From Pseudomonas aeruginosa PAO1 (GTDB lineage Bacteria > Pseudomonadota > Gammaproteobacteria > Pseudomonadales > Pseudomonadaceae): 64,000 bases of DNA. Numbering within the stretch: position 1 is the stretch's first letter; every line of letters starts with the position of its first letter. The translations under genes were made by a program, and so were the position numbers. Under the pieces are notes generated by a model. It was given only the letters and a program-made list of their open reading frames with translations, searched no databases and had not been told where the DNA came from. Below, in pieces: positions 16,606 to 27,329 of this stretch. The stretch lies in the NCBI RefSeq assembly GCF_000006765.1, contig NC_002516.2. One strand, given 5' to 3'.

Positions 16606-16844
16606 ATAACCTCCTAAATGCCATTTTTTAACGATATACAAAGCATTTCTTCACCACCCCACAAAAAAAATCAGTACTCTGGCCATAGAAACCGTCTTAA
16701 ATCTAGAAACAGAAAACACCAACAAAAAATTTCAAACCAGCCATAACAAAAAAAACACAACAACACTCGCTGCAAAAACTTCAAAACCCGCTCTATCAAC
16801 CAACTAAAGCAACTATGCTTTTAGAAAAACCAATATCCAAGTAG

Positions 16845-17231
16845 TTACCCACCTATTTTTCTCAATACTGAAAAAGCTTTATGCCTGTTTTTTTGATTGG
16901 CGCTCCGCCCCTCAACCACCCCCTTCAAGCGTGCTAGTAGTAGATCACTGGCTTCTGCTCCTCCTTGCTCTATCCAAGAAAGTGCCAAACCAATCCAGTA
17001 GTCAGACTCACTAGCTAGTCCCGCCAAAACAACATTTAAGTAACAAAATCCCCCCCCAAGCTTTTCCCTAACCTCTTCGTAAGGTTTCTCCAATAAAACC
17101 AGAACCCTCCAAAAACTCTCTTCCTCCTGGAGAAAAAAAACCTGATCCCCCACGGACAAATACCACAACCCTTCTGAATTACACCGTAGCGCCATATCAC
17201 CTTTAATATAATATTCAAAATCAGCCATCAC
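16845..17231 (-). CDS. AT-rich hypothetical protein, candidate orphan immunity protein
   Basis: 128-aa ORF with GGAGAGG-like RBS, co-oriented in a toxin/immunity-like array; function inferred from context only. Confidence 0.6.
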   Translation of the reverse strand: MMADFEYYIKGDMALRCNSEGLWYLSVGDQVFFLQEEESFWRVLVLLEKPYEEVREKLGGGFCYLNVVLAGLASESDYWIGLALSWIEQGGAEASDLLLARLKGVVEGRSANQKNRHKAFSVLRKIGG

Positions 17232-17432
17232 ATCCCTCTCCGGTGCTCAACCTTCACGTCATACTTCCTGACTGAACCAAAAAAACTTATGCTTTTTCTG
17301 ACCGACCTCCCCATAACCTTCCAGCCCCTCATTGACAAAGAACCCTAGCTTGGCCCTTAAAGCCTGAAAAACTTTCAGAAGAATCTTATCAATAGGTTGG
17401 AACAGACCTAATAACCGCAAGACTCGATAAAT

Positions 17433-17876
17433 CTAAAAATGGCCAGCCACAAGCCCCACATATACCTCCTGGGCTTTATAGCCAACTTCCAAATCAACAG
17501 CCATCACCGCCTCCGAATACATCTGTGGAGGGCAATAATCATGCTCTTCAATATAATGAAGTATCAACGAAGGAGATGCAAAATATGCTCCTTTCTCAAC
17601 TCCAGGAATCCATATTTCAGAAAAACCCAAACCAACATCTCCCACGAACAAATCCCGACATCCAGCGACCACACACTCATGTGCGCTCATTACTCTATTA
17701 ACGTGGAAATCAACCGCCCCCTCCGACATAATTATCAACTTCAATTTATCAAGCAATCCAGAACTTACCCGCCCCCTGGAGTACTGCTGCCCTCTTCCTA
17801 ACCAACCTATGTTTCTTACACTACCTAACGGCCTCAAAAGAAAATACGAATAAAAAGACATGTCTGGGAAATACAT
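17433..17876 (-). CDS. Candidate immunity protein for the upstream Rhs toxin tip
   Basis: 147 aa starting 7 bp after the toxin-tip stop; YFPDMSFY, NIGWL, HEC and SPSLILHYIEEHDYCPP pattern recalled from proteins downstream of Rhs C-termini. Confidence 0.65.
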   Translation of the reverse strand: MYFPDMSFYSYFLLRPLGSVRNIGWLGRGQQYSRGRVSSGLLDKLKLIIMSEGAVDFHVNRVMSAHECVVAGCRDLFVGDVGLGFSEIWIPGVEKGAYFASPSLILHYIEEHDYCPPQMYSEAVMAVDLEVGYKAQEVYVGLVAGHF

Positions 17877-17883
17877 AAATCAC

Positions 17884-18420
17884 CTACCTCGCAAATGTTG
17901 CACAAGCAGCCCACTGCACGCATCCCATCCCAAGCTGTAATAGTTTTTCCAAGGGGGTACTGAACTCAACAGTCGTTGAGTTTCCATCGATATGCAATGC
18001 TGGACCTCTAGCAGCTGGAGCACTTAGAGTATAGTTAGGAATCTCAGCACGCGGCAAATAAGTAGCCATGCCTTCAATATCACCTGCAAGTCTCGGATTA
18101 ATTTTTGCAGCCTGCGCCAAGCCAGCCCAATCACCCAATTCAATAAATCGACCGGTTTCATCCAGAATATTAATTCCAGGCCTTGGAAGAGTTATGTACG
18201 TCCCATCAGGCACCCAAAAATCCCCGCTACCGAAAACATATTTACCGTGCCCTGCGAACGCTTTCCCACTACCCCCAGAAAGTATACCAGCAGCATATTT
18301 ATGGCCACCACGCCCTCCTAGACCGCGCTCCGCTCCCGAGACGGCCCCGAACATAAAGTCAAAACCTACAGAAACTATTGCGCGCCCGACAGGAAGAAAG
18401 ACACTGCCAACATCAAACAA
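17884..18420 (-). pseudogene. Detached Rhs C-terminal toxin-like domain (resembles Stv-type putative adhesin tips)
   Basis: FAGHG...VPDGT...PNYTL...L..LL....G.V.WAAC pattern; out of frame with the upstream Rhs motif. Confidence 0.55.
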
Positions 18421-18472
18421 GCCACCGCCAGCACTGATCGATATTTTTATAAGATATTAACTCACTAAACCC

Positions 18473-18881
18473 TTAACCCCAAATAGCTTGAGAAGCCCAG
18501 TTATTCGAAAGATATTGAACACCTCCGACAACTGGATTGACCCATGACATAGACTGAGAAAAGGATAGCCCTCCTTTTAAAATGCCAAGGCTAAATTCGA
18601 AGCCACTTTCCGGACCATTCCCCATCCACAAGTTGCTCAAGAACAACCAACTATTATCAATAACTGGCGAGTACCAACTTTTGGACGAAGAAATCTCCTC
18701 CAACGCATACCCTGTCGGATCCACACTGGCGATCGGATTATTCCAGCCATAGGAGTAACGGTTGTAGGCCTGCGCCGCTATAGACACGGAAGTTTGCCGA
18801 ACGCCAGCCAGCGGCGGTCGCGTCCCCGACCATGAGACAGATCGCCACGGCGACGATCCACGCACTCCAACGCCCCACCAT
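18473..18881 (-). pseudogene. Collapsed Rhs gene remnant: signal-peptide N-terminus joined to the Rhs-associated core end motif
   Basis: AQAYNRYSYGWNNPIASVDPTGY at about 18707-18775 matches the NxYxY..NNP...DPxG Rhs signature; the upstream frame from ATG 18881 encodes MVGRWSAWIVAVAICLMVGDATAA. Confidence 0.7.
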
Positions 18882-19249
18882 GCATCCCCCAGAGCCCACC
18901 CCCATGGCAGGCACGCAGACCGGGCGCAAAGCACCGCTCCCAGGCAGGCGGTGCGGTACGCGTCCTTGCAACTCGGGAGACGTGTACCACAAGGCCATCA
19001 ATTGGCCACATATCTTTGGTTGGGCTCGAAACCGATGACCTTCTGTTCGGAGGCCACGCGGGCCCTCATCGAATTTTCGCAAAGGCAGGCACTCCCCCTT
19101 GCCCCCCCAGCGGTAATCCCACCGCAAGAAAAAACATCAAACCTGCTGACGACTTGCGCGAAAAATGCGATGTTTCGGCCACGCTGTACCCGCACCGCCC
19201 AATCAGAACAATTCGCTACAGCGCGCCAATACAATCAGGAGATCGCCGC

Positions 19250-20227
19250 ATGATGCAGGCCTATAAGAATAAATGGTTGCCCCTCAGTGCCCTGGCCCTT
19301 GGCATGGCCCTGTCCTTCGGCGCCAACGCCGAAGAGCAGAAGTCGGTGGCCGTGACCGCCATCGTCGAGCACCCGGCGCTGGACGCCGCTCGCGACGGGG
19401 TCAAGGAGGCCCTCCAGGAGGCCGGCTACGAAGACGGCAAGAACCTCAAGTGGCAGTACCAGAGCGCCCAGGGCAACACCGGCACCGCCGCGCAGATCGC
19501 CCGCAAGTTCATCGGCGACAAGCCCGACGTGATCGTCGGCATCGCCACTCCGTCGGCCCAGGCGCTGGTGGCCGCGACCAAGAGCATCCCGATCGTCTTC
19601 AGCACCGTCACCGACCCGGTCGGCGCGCACCTGACGCCGAGCTGGGAAGCCTCCGGCACCAACGTCACCGGGGTTTCCGACATGCTCGCGCTGGACAAGC
19701 AGATCGAGCTGATCAAGAAAGTGGTGCCGGGCGCCAAGCGCATCGGCATGGTCTACAACCCGGGCGAAGCCAACTCCGTGGTGGTGGTCAAGGAGCTGAA
19801 GGAACTGCTGCCGAAGATGGGCCTGAGCCTGGTCGAAGCCTCGGCACCGCGTTCGGTGGACGTCAGCTCGGCGGCGCGCAGCCTGGTCGGCAAGGTCGAC
19901 GCGATCTACACCAACACCGACAACAACGTGGTGTCCGCCTACGAGGCGCTGGTCAAGGTCGGCAACGACGCGAAGATCCCGCTGATCGCCTCCGACACCG
20001 ACAGCGTCAAGCGCGGCGCCATCGCCGCCCTCGGCATCAACTACAAGGAGATGGGCAAGCAGACCGGCCGCATGGTGGTGCGCATCCTCAAGGGCGAGAA
20101 GCCGGGCGAGATCAAGCCGGAGACCAGCGACAACCTGCAGCTGTTCGTCAATCCCGGGGCCGCGCAGAAGCAAGGCGTGACCCTGTCCGACGAACTGCTC
20201 AAGTCGGCCGCGGAAGTCATCAAGTAA
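19250..20227 (+). CDS. ABC transporter substrate-binding protein (ABC_sub_bind, aromatic amino acid type)
   Basis: Signal peptide; IVEHPALDAARDG, SAQG and NVTGVSD motifs. Confidence 0.88.
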   Translation: MMQAYKNKWLPLSALALGMALSFGANAEEQKSVAVTAIVEHPALDAARDGVKEALQEAGYEDGKNLKWQYQSAQGNTGTAAQIARKFIGDKPDVIVGIATPSAQALVAATKSIPIVFSTVTDPVGAHLTPSWEASGTNVTGVSDMLALDKQIELIKKVVPGAKRIGMVYNPGEANSVVVVKELKELLPKMGLSLVEASAPRSVDVSSAARSLVGKVDAIYTNTDNNVVSAYEALVKVGNDAKIPLIASDTDSVKRGAIAALGINYKEMGKQTGRMVVRILKGEKPGEIKPETSDNLQLFVNPGAAQKQGVTLSDELLKSAAEVIK

Positions 20228-20310
20228 AAAAAGCGGCCGCCGGCCGCGGGCGTCCCGCCCGTGGCCGGACGGCACGATAATCCTGCCTTCACGCACTCGG
20301 TTACGAAGTC

Positions 20311-21201
20311 ATGTCTCTGTTTTCCCTGTTCGGTGCCCTGGAGATCGGCCTGATCTTCAGCCTCGTGGCACTCGGCGTATTCATCTCCTTCCGCCTGCTG
20401 CGCTTCCCCGACCTCACGGTGGACGGCAGCTTCCCGCTCGGCGGCGCGGTCTGCGCGACCCTCATCGCCCTCGGCTGGGACCCGTACAGCGCGACCCTGG
20501 CGGCCACCGCAGCCGGCGCACTGGCCGGGCTGGCCACCGGCCTGCTCAACGTCAAGCTGAAGATCATGGACCTGCTCGCCAGCATCCTGATGATGATCGC
20601 ACTCTACTCGATCAACCTGCGCATCATGGGCAAGCCCAACGTACCGCTGATCGCCGAGCCGACATTGTTCACCCTGCTGCAGCCGGAATGGCTCAGCGAC
20701 TACGTGTTCCGGCCGCTGCTGCTGGTGTTCATCGTGATCGCCGCGAAGCTGCTGCTGGACTGGTTCTTCACCACCCAGAAAGGCCTGGCGATCCGCGCCA
20801 CCGGCTCCAACCCGCGGATGGCCCGTGCCCAGGGGGTCAACACCGGCGGCATGATCCTGCTCGGCATGGCCATCTCCAACGCGCTGGTGGCGTTGGCCGG
20901 CGCGCTGTTCGCGCAGACCCAGGGCGGCGCCGATATCTCCATGGGTATCGGCACCATCGTCATCGGCCTGGCCGCGGTGATCGTCGGCGAGAGCATCCTG
21001 CCCTCGCGCCGGCTGATCCTGGCGACCCTCGCGGTGATCCTCGGTGCCATCGTCTACCGCTTCTTCATCGCCCTGGCGCTGAACAGCGATTTCATCGGCT
21101 TGCAGGCCCAGGACCTGAACCTGGTCACCGCGGTGCTGGTCACCGTCGCCCTGGTGATTCCGATGATGAAGAAACGCCTGCTCGGCAAGAAGGGAGCCTG
21201 A
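20311..21201 (+). CDS. ABC transporter permease
   Basis: FPDLTVDGSFPLGG and GLAIRATGSN motifs; multiple TM segments. Confidence 0.9.
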   Translation: MSLFSLFGALEIGLIFSLVALGVFISFRLLRFPDLTVDGSFPLGGAVCATLIALGWDPYSATLAATAAGALAGLATGLLNVKLKIMDLLASILMMIALYSINLRIMGKPNVPLIAEPTLFTLLQPEWLSDYVFRPLLLVFIVIAAKLLLDWFFTTQKGLAIRATGSNPRMARAQGVNTGGMILLGMAISNALVALAGALFAQTQGGADISMGIGTIVIGLAAVIVGESILPSRRLILATLAVILGAIVYRFFIALALNSDFIGLQAQDLNLVTAVLVTVALVIPMMKKRLLGKKGA

Positions 21202-21203
21202 CC

Positions 21204-21998
21204 ATGCTCAGCGCGAAGAACCTGAAGATCACCTTCAACCCCGGCACCCCCATCGAGACCCGCGCCCTGCGCGGCCTGTCGCTGGACATCCCGGCCGGCC
21301 AGTTCGTCACCGTGATCGGCTCCAACGGCGCCGGCAAGTCGACCTTCCTCAACGCAGTCTCCGGCGACCTGCCGATCGACAGCGGACAGATCCTGATCGA
21401 CGACGAAGACGTCACCCGCAAGCCGGTCTGGGCCCGCGCCAACCGCGTCGCGCGGGTGTTCCAGGACCCCATGGCGGGTACCTGCGAGGACCTCACCATC
21501 GAGGAGAACATGGCCCTGGCGCAACGTCGCGGTGCCGGGCGCGGCCTCGGCAGGGCGGTGCAGGCATCGATGCGCGACGGTTTCCGGGAAAGCCTGGCGA
21601 CCCTCGGCCTCGGCCTGGAGAACCGCCTCGGCGACCGCATCGGCCTGCTCTCCGGCGGCCAGCGCCAGGCCGTCAGCCTGCTGATGGCGGCGCTGCAGCC
21701 GTCGCGTATCCTGTTGCTCGACGAACACACCGCGGCGCTCGACCCGCGCACCGCCGACTTCGTCCTGCATCTCACCGCACGGATCGTCGCCGAGAAGAAA
21801 CTCACCACCATGATGGTCACCCACAGCATGCGCCAGGCGCTGGACGTGGGCGAGCGCACGGTGATGCTGCACCAGGGCCAGGTGGTGCTGGACGTCTCCG
21901 GCGAGCAACGCAAGGGCCTCGACGTACCGGACCTGCTGGCGATGTTCGAGAAGGTGCGCGGCGAGAAGCTCGCCGACGACGCCCTCCTCCTCGGCTGA
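21204..21998 (+). CDS. ABC transporter ATP-binding protein
   Basis: Walker [29 protein letters not shown]. Confidence 0.92.
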   Translation: MLSAKNLKITFNPGTPIETRALRGLSLDIPAGQFVTVIGSNGAGKSTFLNAVSGDLPIDSGQILIDDEDVTRKPVWARANRVARVFQDPMAGTCEDLTIEENMALAQRRGAGRGLGRAVQASMRDGFRESLATLGLGLENRLGDRIGLLSGGQRQAVSLLMAALQPSRILLLDEHTAALDPRTADFVLHLTARIVAEKKLTTMMVTHSMRQALDVGERTVMLHQGQVVLDVSGEQRKGLDVPDLLAMFEKVRGEKLADDALLLG

Positions 21999-22116
21999 CA
22001 GGGCCGCGGCGCCTCTCCGCGGCGAAGCGGGGAGGCGCCGTCGACCTGCAGCAGATCAAGGCGCGATCCGCGTCCGTCTGCCACACTCGCAGGCATCCTC
22101 CCGCTCAGATGCCCGC

Positions 22117-23949
22117 ATGAACCTCGAACTGCTCTGGGTGGTCGGCCTGCTCGCCACCACCGTCGCCCTCTTCATCCACAACCGCCTGCGCCTGGACGTG
22201 ATCGCCCTGCTGGTGATCATGGCCTTCAGCGTCAGCGGAACCCTTACCCTCAACGAAGCCCTGGCCGGCTTCAGCGATCCCAGCGTGATACTGATCGCCG
22301 CGCTGTTCGTGATCGGCGAAGGCCTGGTGCGTACCGGGGTGGCCTACCAGGTCGGCGACTGGCTGATCGCCCGCGCCGGCAGCAGCGAAGCGCGCCTGCT
22401 GGTACTGCTGATGCTGGCGGTGGCCGGGTTGGGCTCGGTGATGAGTTCCACCGGGGTGGTGGCGATCTTCATCCCGGTGGTCCTGAGCATCGCCGCCAAG
22501 CTGAAGATCCCTCCGGGCCGGCTGATGATGCCGCTGGCCTTCGCCGGACTGATCAGCGGCATGATGACCCTGGTCGCCACGCCACCGAACATGGTGGTCA
22601 ACAGCGAGCTGGCGCGCGAGGGTCATGCCGGCTTCGGCTTCTTCGCCTTCACCCCGATAGGCCTCATGGTGCTCGCCATCGGCGTGGCCTACATGCTGCT
22701 CACGCGCAACTGGCTGAACGCCGCCAGCCCGGCGGAAGTCGGCGCGCCGAAGGCACGGCGGACCCTGCGCGACCTGATCCGCGACTATCGCCTGGCCGGC
22801 CGCGAACGGCGCCTGCAGGTCCAGCTCGGCTCGCCGTTGATCGGCAGCACCCTGGAAGAACTGCAACTGCGCACCCGCCTGGGCGCCAACGTGGTCGGCC
22901 TGGAGCGGGTACGCAAGTTCCACAGCGAGGTGGTCAAGGTCGGCGGCAGCACCGAGCTGAAGGCGGGCGACGTGTTGCTGCTGGACGTCTTCGCCCCTCC
23001 GGAGGACATGGACCGGCGCTGCGCCGAGCTGAACCTGGTGCGCCTGCCGTTCCGCGCCAGCTACTTCATCGACCAGTCGCGGGAGGTCGGCATGGCCGAG
23101 GTGACTCTGCCGCCGGACTCCACCCTGCTCGGCAAGAGCGTCCTGGAACTGGGCTTCCGTTCGCAGTACGGGCTCAACGTGGTCGGCCTGCGTCGCGACC
23201 ACGAAGCGCTCACCGACGGCATGCTGGAAGAGAAGCTGCGCCTGGGCGATACCCTGCTGGTGATCGGCGCCTGGAAGGCGATCCGCCAGTTGCAGGGACG
23301 CAACCGCGATTTCCTGGTGCTCAGCCTGCCGGCGGAGATCGACGAGGTGGCGCCGGCCCTGAGCAAGGCGCCGCACGCCCTGCTCAGCCTGGCCGTGATG
23401 GTGGCGCTGATGGTCAGCGGGGTGGTGCCCAACGTGGTCGCGGCACTGGTCGGCTGCCTGTTGATGGGCCTGTTCCGTTGCATCGACATGGACGGCGCCT
23501 ACCGCGCCATCCATTGGCAAAGCCTGGTCCTGATCGTCGGCATGCTGCCCTTCGCCCTGGCCCTGCAGAAGACCGACGGTATCGACCTGGTGGTCTCGCT
23601 GCTGGTCGACGCCCTCGGCGACGCCGGCCCGCGCGTGCTGCTGGCCAGCCTGTTCCTGCTCACCGCGGCCATCGGCCTGTTCATCTCCAACACCGCTACC
23701 GCGGTGCTGATGGCGCCGATCGCCATCGCCACCGCCAAGCAGATCGGCGCCTCGCCCTACCCCTTCGCCATGGTGGTGGCGGTGGCGGCCTCGGCAGCCT
23801 TCATGACGCCGATTTCCTCGCCGGTGAACACCCTGGTGCTGGGCCCTGGCCAATACCGCTTCGGCGACTTCGTCCGGATCGGCGTGCCATTTACCCTGCT
23901 GGTGATGTTCGTCTGCGTGCTGGTGATTCCGTGGCTGTTTCCATTGTGA
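22117..23949 (+). CDS. SLC13/CitMHS-like transporter with TrkA-C domains
   Basis: [11 protein letters not shown] and FISNTATAV...TPISSPVN motifs; central soluble repeats. Confidence 0.87.
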   Translation: MNLELLWVVGLLATTVALFIHNRLRLDVIALLVIMAFSVSGTLTLNEALAGFSDPSVILIAALFVIGEGLVRTGVAYQVGDWLIARAGSSEARLLVLLMLAVAGLGSVMSSTGVVAIFIPVVLSIAAKLKIPPGRLMMPLAFAGLISGMMTLVATPPNMVVNSELAREGHAGFGFFAFTPIGLMVLAIGVAYMLLTRNWLNAASPAEVGAPKARRTLRDLIRDYRLAGRERRLQVQLGSPLIGSTLEELQLRTRLGANVVGLERVRKFHSEVVKVGGSTELKAGDVLLLDVFAPPEDMDRRCAELNLVRLPFRASYFIDQSREVGMAEVTLPPDSTLLGKSVLELGFRSQYGLNVVGLRRDHEALTDGMLEEKLRLGDTLLVIGAWKAIRQLQGRNRDFLVLSLPAEIDEVAPALSKAPHALLSLAVMVALMVSGVVPNVVAALVGCLLMGLFRCIDMDGAYRAIHWQSLVLIVGMLPFALALQKTDGIDLVVSLLVDALGDAGPRVLLASLFLLTAAIGLFISNTATAVLMAPIAIATAKQIGASPYPFAMVVAVAASAAFMTPISSPVNTLVLGPGQYRFGDFVRIGVPFTLLVMFVCVLVIPWLFPL

Positions 23950-24040
23950 CCGGGCCAGGAGCGCGCCGCTCGGCAGAAACACTGGCCAGCCTCCGGCGGA
24001 TGTGAATAATGCCCGCCTCGCCGTCACGGAAACCGAGAAC

Positions 24041-25051
24041 ATGCCCCGCCCGACCAGCCCGCATCCCGACGCCGAGCGCAAGAGCGCCAGCCCGCTGCAC
24101 CCGCGCAATCGCCACCTGGGACGCTACGACTTTCCGCGCCTGATCGCCGGCAGCCCGGAACTGGAGCGCTTCGTCATCCTCAATCCGTACGGCAGGCAGA
24201 GCATCGACTTCGCCGATCCGGCGGCGGTGAAAGCCTTCAACCGCGCGCTGCTGCAACAGTTCTACGACGTACGCGAGTGGGATATACCCGATGGTTACCT
24301 GTGCCCGCCCATCCCCGGTCGCGCCGACTACCTGCACTACCTGGCCGACCTGCTCGGCGCCAGCCACGATGGCCTGATTCCACGCGGTCCCGGCCTGCGT
24401 GCGCTGGACGTCGGAACCGGAGCCAACTGCATCTACCCGCTGCTCGGCCACCACGAATACGGCTGGCGCTTCGTCGGCGCCGACATCGACCCGCAATCGC
24501 TGGCCTCGGCCGCTGCGATCCTCGCCGCCAACCCACGCTTCGCCGCTGCCATCGAGTTGCGCCGGCAGCCTGATCGCAGGCAGATATTCCAGGGCCTGAT
24601 CGGCGTCGATGAGCGCTTCGACATGACCCTCTGCAACCCGCCCTTCCACGCCTCGCTGGACGAAGCCACGCGCGGCAGCCGGCGCAAGTGGAAGAACCTC
24701 GGCAAGCTCGACCCGACCCGTACCCTGCCGCTACTGAACTTTGGCGGCCAGGGCGCCGAGCTGTACTGCGAGGGCGGCGAAGCGGCCTTCCTGGCCGGCA
24801 TGGCCGAGGAAAGCCGGGCGTTCGCCACGCAGGTGTTCTGGTTCACCACCCTGGTATCCAAGGCGAGCAACCTGCCGAACCTCCAGGAGCGCCTGAAGAC
24901 GTTGGGCGCCAGCGATATCCGCGTGGTGGACATGGCCCAGGGACAGAAGCAGAGCCGTTTCGTCGCCTGGACCTACCTCGACAAGAAGCAGCGCCGGGCC
25001 TGGCGCAAGGAGCGCTGGACAGCAGCCCTCCTGGAACCACTGGGCGAATAG
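24041..25051 (+). CDS. rlmF: 23S rRNA m6A1618 methyltransferase
   Basis: [32 protein letters not shown] and CNPPF motifs. Confidence 0.92.
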   Translation: MPRPTSPHPDAERKSASPLHPRNRHLGRYDFPRLIAGSPELERFVILNPYGRQSIDFADPAAVKAFNRALLQQFYDVREWDIPDGYLCPPIPGRADYLHYLADLLGASHDGLIPRGPGLRALDVGTGANCIYPLLGHHEYGWRFVGADIDPQSLASAAAILAANPRFAAAIELRRQPDRRQIFQGLIGVDERFDMTLCNPPFHASLDEATRGSRRKWKNLGKLDPTRTLPLLNFGGQGAELYCEGGEAAFLAGMAEESRAFATQVFWFTTLVSKASNLPNLQERLKTLGASDIRVVDMAQGQKQSRFVAWTYLDKKQRRAWRKERWTAALLEPLGE

Positions 25052-25140
25052 CCAGCACGCCTCTCCACCCGGATCCGCTGCCGAGCCAAGAATCGGACAC
25101 CCCAAGGTGTCCGTTCGTGACGTCTTTCTTTTACGACCGG

Positions 25141-26502
25141 TCAGGCCAGATCAAGGCCGCGCATCCTCAGGCGTACATCCTGTTCCTGGACCTCGCCTGA
25201 ACGTTCCGGTTTGCTTGCCAGGTCGAGAGCATCGAGCAGTCCCTGGCTATGGCCACTCTGCTCCCCCAGGGCCGCCTCTTCGAGGACCCGGCGGGTCACT
25301 CCCTGCTCATCGCTGGCGCTCAGCAGCACGCGCATGTCGGTCTCTTTGTTATAGAGAATCTCTTTTTCATTCTTGTAGTTCGATATCCCGCTGACATCGA
25401 TTCCGGACCTGCCGAACACGGTGGATATCGTGCCCTGCCCGAAGCTCCTCGCGACACCGGGGTTCAGGGAGGTGGAGAGATAGCCGTCGTCGTGGCCAAC
25501 CTTGCCCTCTTCCACGGCGTTGAAGGCATCCCCGCCACGGGTGCCACGGAAAGTCTTCACTACCTGTTCAGCCTGTCCGCTCTTCTCGAAGGCCGCGGAC
25601 ATACCTTGGTCGATCAGCTTTTGTCCCGCATCCAGCTCCTGCCCCTGACGCAGAGCGCGATTCAGGTCCGCGTAGTGAATGCCGGTGTAGAGACCAAGCG
25701 CCATCACTTCGGCGTCACTGTGGATGCCACCAGGCTGTCTGCCCAGGTACTTTTCCGCATCCGCCCCGAACCGCTTCACCAGGCCATCCGCCAGCGCCTT
25801 GTCGGCCGATACTCTGCTGACCTCGCTCTCTACCGCTTGGCGCAACAGTGCGACCTCGCTCATTACCTGATGCAACTGGTCGGTGATTTCGCGCCGCAGT
25901 TCCGGGCTTGCGTCGAGCACCAGTTGACTCGCGGCACCGCCGGTGGTGCCCCACTGCTGCAGCGCGATCCCGCCGATGCTCCGTTCGAGCAGGCGGCCAG
26001 CCTGGATACGGGACTCCTCGACCTGGCTGCCGGCACGAATGCCGGCCAAGGCGGTGCTCAGCGAACGCAGCGCCCCATCTCCGCTGGCCAGGCGGGAGTG
26101 CTCCCGGGCCAGTCCTTCCGGTGTCAGGGTCGCCAGCTCGCTCGCCTTGTCGAGTCCCTTCAAGGTCATGGGCAATGCCTGCTGCAGCACCATCTGCTTG
26201 AACACGACGGCCGAGGACATGACCGCAGGCTGCGCGTCCTGACTGGGCTGCGGGCCGGTGCGGGCGTGGGAGCCCAACAGCTTGCCCAGCCAGTCCATGA
26301 TCGCCACGAAGGGACGCACGAGTGCCGCACCCAAGCGAGCGAGCAGCCCCTCACCCTTCGGCGCGTCCTGGCGCTGGGCCAACTGCTGCGCTTCACTGGG
26401 GGTGGCGACCTGGCGGGCCTCAATCTGTCCCAAACGCCCACTGGCGGCCTGGTGCAATTCGACGGCGAAAGACGGACTCTGCTGAAGCGATTGAATATGC
26501 AT
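25141..26502 (-). CDS. exoS: Type III effector exoenzyme S (RhoGAP + ADP-ribosyltransferase)
   Basis: MHIQSLQQSPSFAVELHQAASG start; GDGALRSL GAP motif; NEKEILY; 14-3-3 site LLDALDLA; 453 aa. Confidence 0.97.
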   Translation of the reverse strand: MHIQSLQQSPSFAVELHQAASGRLGQIEARQVATPSEAQQLAQRQDAPKGEGLLARLGAALVRPFVAIMDWLGKLLGSHARTGPQPSQDAQPAVMSSAVVFKQMVLQQALPMTLKGLDKASELATLTPEGLAREHSRLASGDGALRSLSTALAGIRAGSQVEESRIQAGRLLERSIGGIALQQWGTTGGAASQLVLDASPELRREITDQLHQVMSEVALLRQAVESEVSRVSADKALADGLVKRFGADAEKYLGRQPGGIHSDAEVMALGLYTGIHYADLNRALRQGQELDAGQKLIDQGMSAAFEKSGQAEQVVKTFRGTRGGDAFNAVEEGKVGHDDGYLSTSLNPGVARSFGQGTISTVFGRSGIDVSGISNYKNEKEILYNKETDMRVLLSASDEQGVTRRVLEEAALGEQSGHSQGLLDALDLASKPERSGEVQEQDVRLRMRGLDLA

Positions 26503-26533
26503 GATGGTTGCCTTCTCCTGATGTTTCTCCGCC

Positions 26534-26584
26534 AGTCTAGGAACGGGAAACCCCATCGCCTATCAGGATTGGCCGCCGTTTTTT
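26534..26584 (-). promoter_or_regulatory. Probable ExsA-dependent exoS promoter
   Basis: Minus strand AAAAAACGGCGGCCAATCCTGATA...TAGACT: A-tract, -35-like TGATA and -10-like element, matching the ExsA consensus layout. Confidence 0.65.
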
Positions 26585-26689
26585 CACTGGAATCGGCAGC
26601 GGCAAAACCTAAAAAAAGAGAACCACGATTAACAGTCTCTCCGGGCTGGCACTGCTCTAATGGCTGCCTCCAGTGACTCGGAACACGCC

Positions 26690-27040
26690 ATGAATCCACT
26701 CTACCGCGCCGCCATCCACCAGCTTTTTCTCGCTCTCGATCTCCCGACGCCCAACGACGAGGAGAGCGTACTCAGCCTGCAGGTGGGCCCGCATCTCTGC
26801 CATCTGGCAGAACATCCGACCGATCACCTGTTGATGTTCACCCGCCTGGAAGGACAAGGAGACGCTACGGCCAACGAGCAGAACCTGTTCAGCCAGGACC
26901 CTTGCAAGCCGATCCTGGGCCGTGACCCCGAAAGCGGCGAACGGCTGCTCTGGAACCGCCAGCCCTTGCAGTTGCTGGACAGGGCCCAGATCCACCATCA
27001 ACTCGAACAACTGGTCGCCGCCGCCGAAGAGCTACGCTGA
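26690..27040 (+). CDS. spcS: ExoS/ExoT type III secretion chaperone
   Basis: 116-aa SycE-like protein (MNPLYRAAIHQLFLALDLP) divergent from exoS. Confidence 0.93.
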   Translation: MNPLYRAAIHQLFLALDLPTPNDEESVLSLQVGPHLCHLAEHPTDHLLMFTRLEGQGDATANEQNLFSQDPCKPILGRDPESGERLLWNRQPLQLLDRAQIHHQLEQLVAAAEELR

Positions 27041-27329
27041 GCCCAGTCGGGCGAAAGGAGCCGATGCCGCAGGTTCTGCTTTCCTCGAAGCCCCCGGGGC
27101 TTAACTCCATTGACCATGCCGAGCCAGCCGGAGCACCTGCCCTCGAGGCAGCCGGCTGCCACTGCCCGGGGGCAGTTCCAACTGCGTCAGCCCATGCAGC
27201 GCGTGCGAACAGAGGGGAGCCGAGGGATCGGGTGGCAGGAGCGAGATGCGACTTCGCGCTATCGACGGGCGTCCGGCTCGCTCCACTGTCGCCGTCCTCG
27301 CGTCCTGCTCCTCGTACCGGCAGTCCCCA

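Noticed and set aside
17439-18460. Plus-strand ORFs (120 aa, 130 aa) in the AT-rich island
   Set aside because: Antisense to the toxin-tip and immunity frames, which have RBSs, coupling and recognisable motifs.
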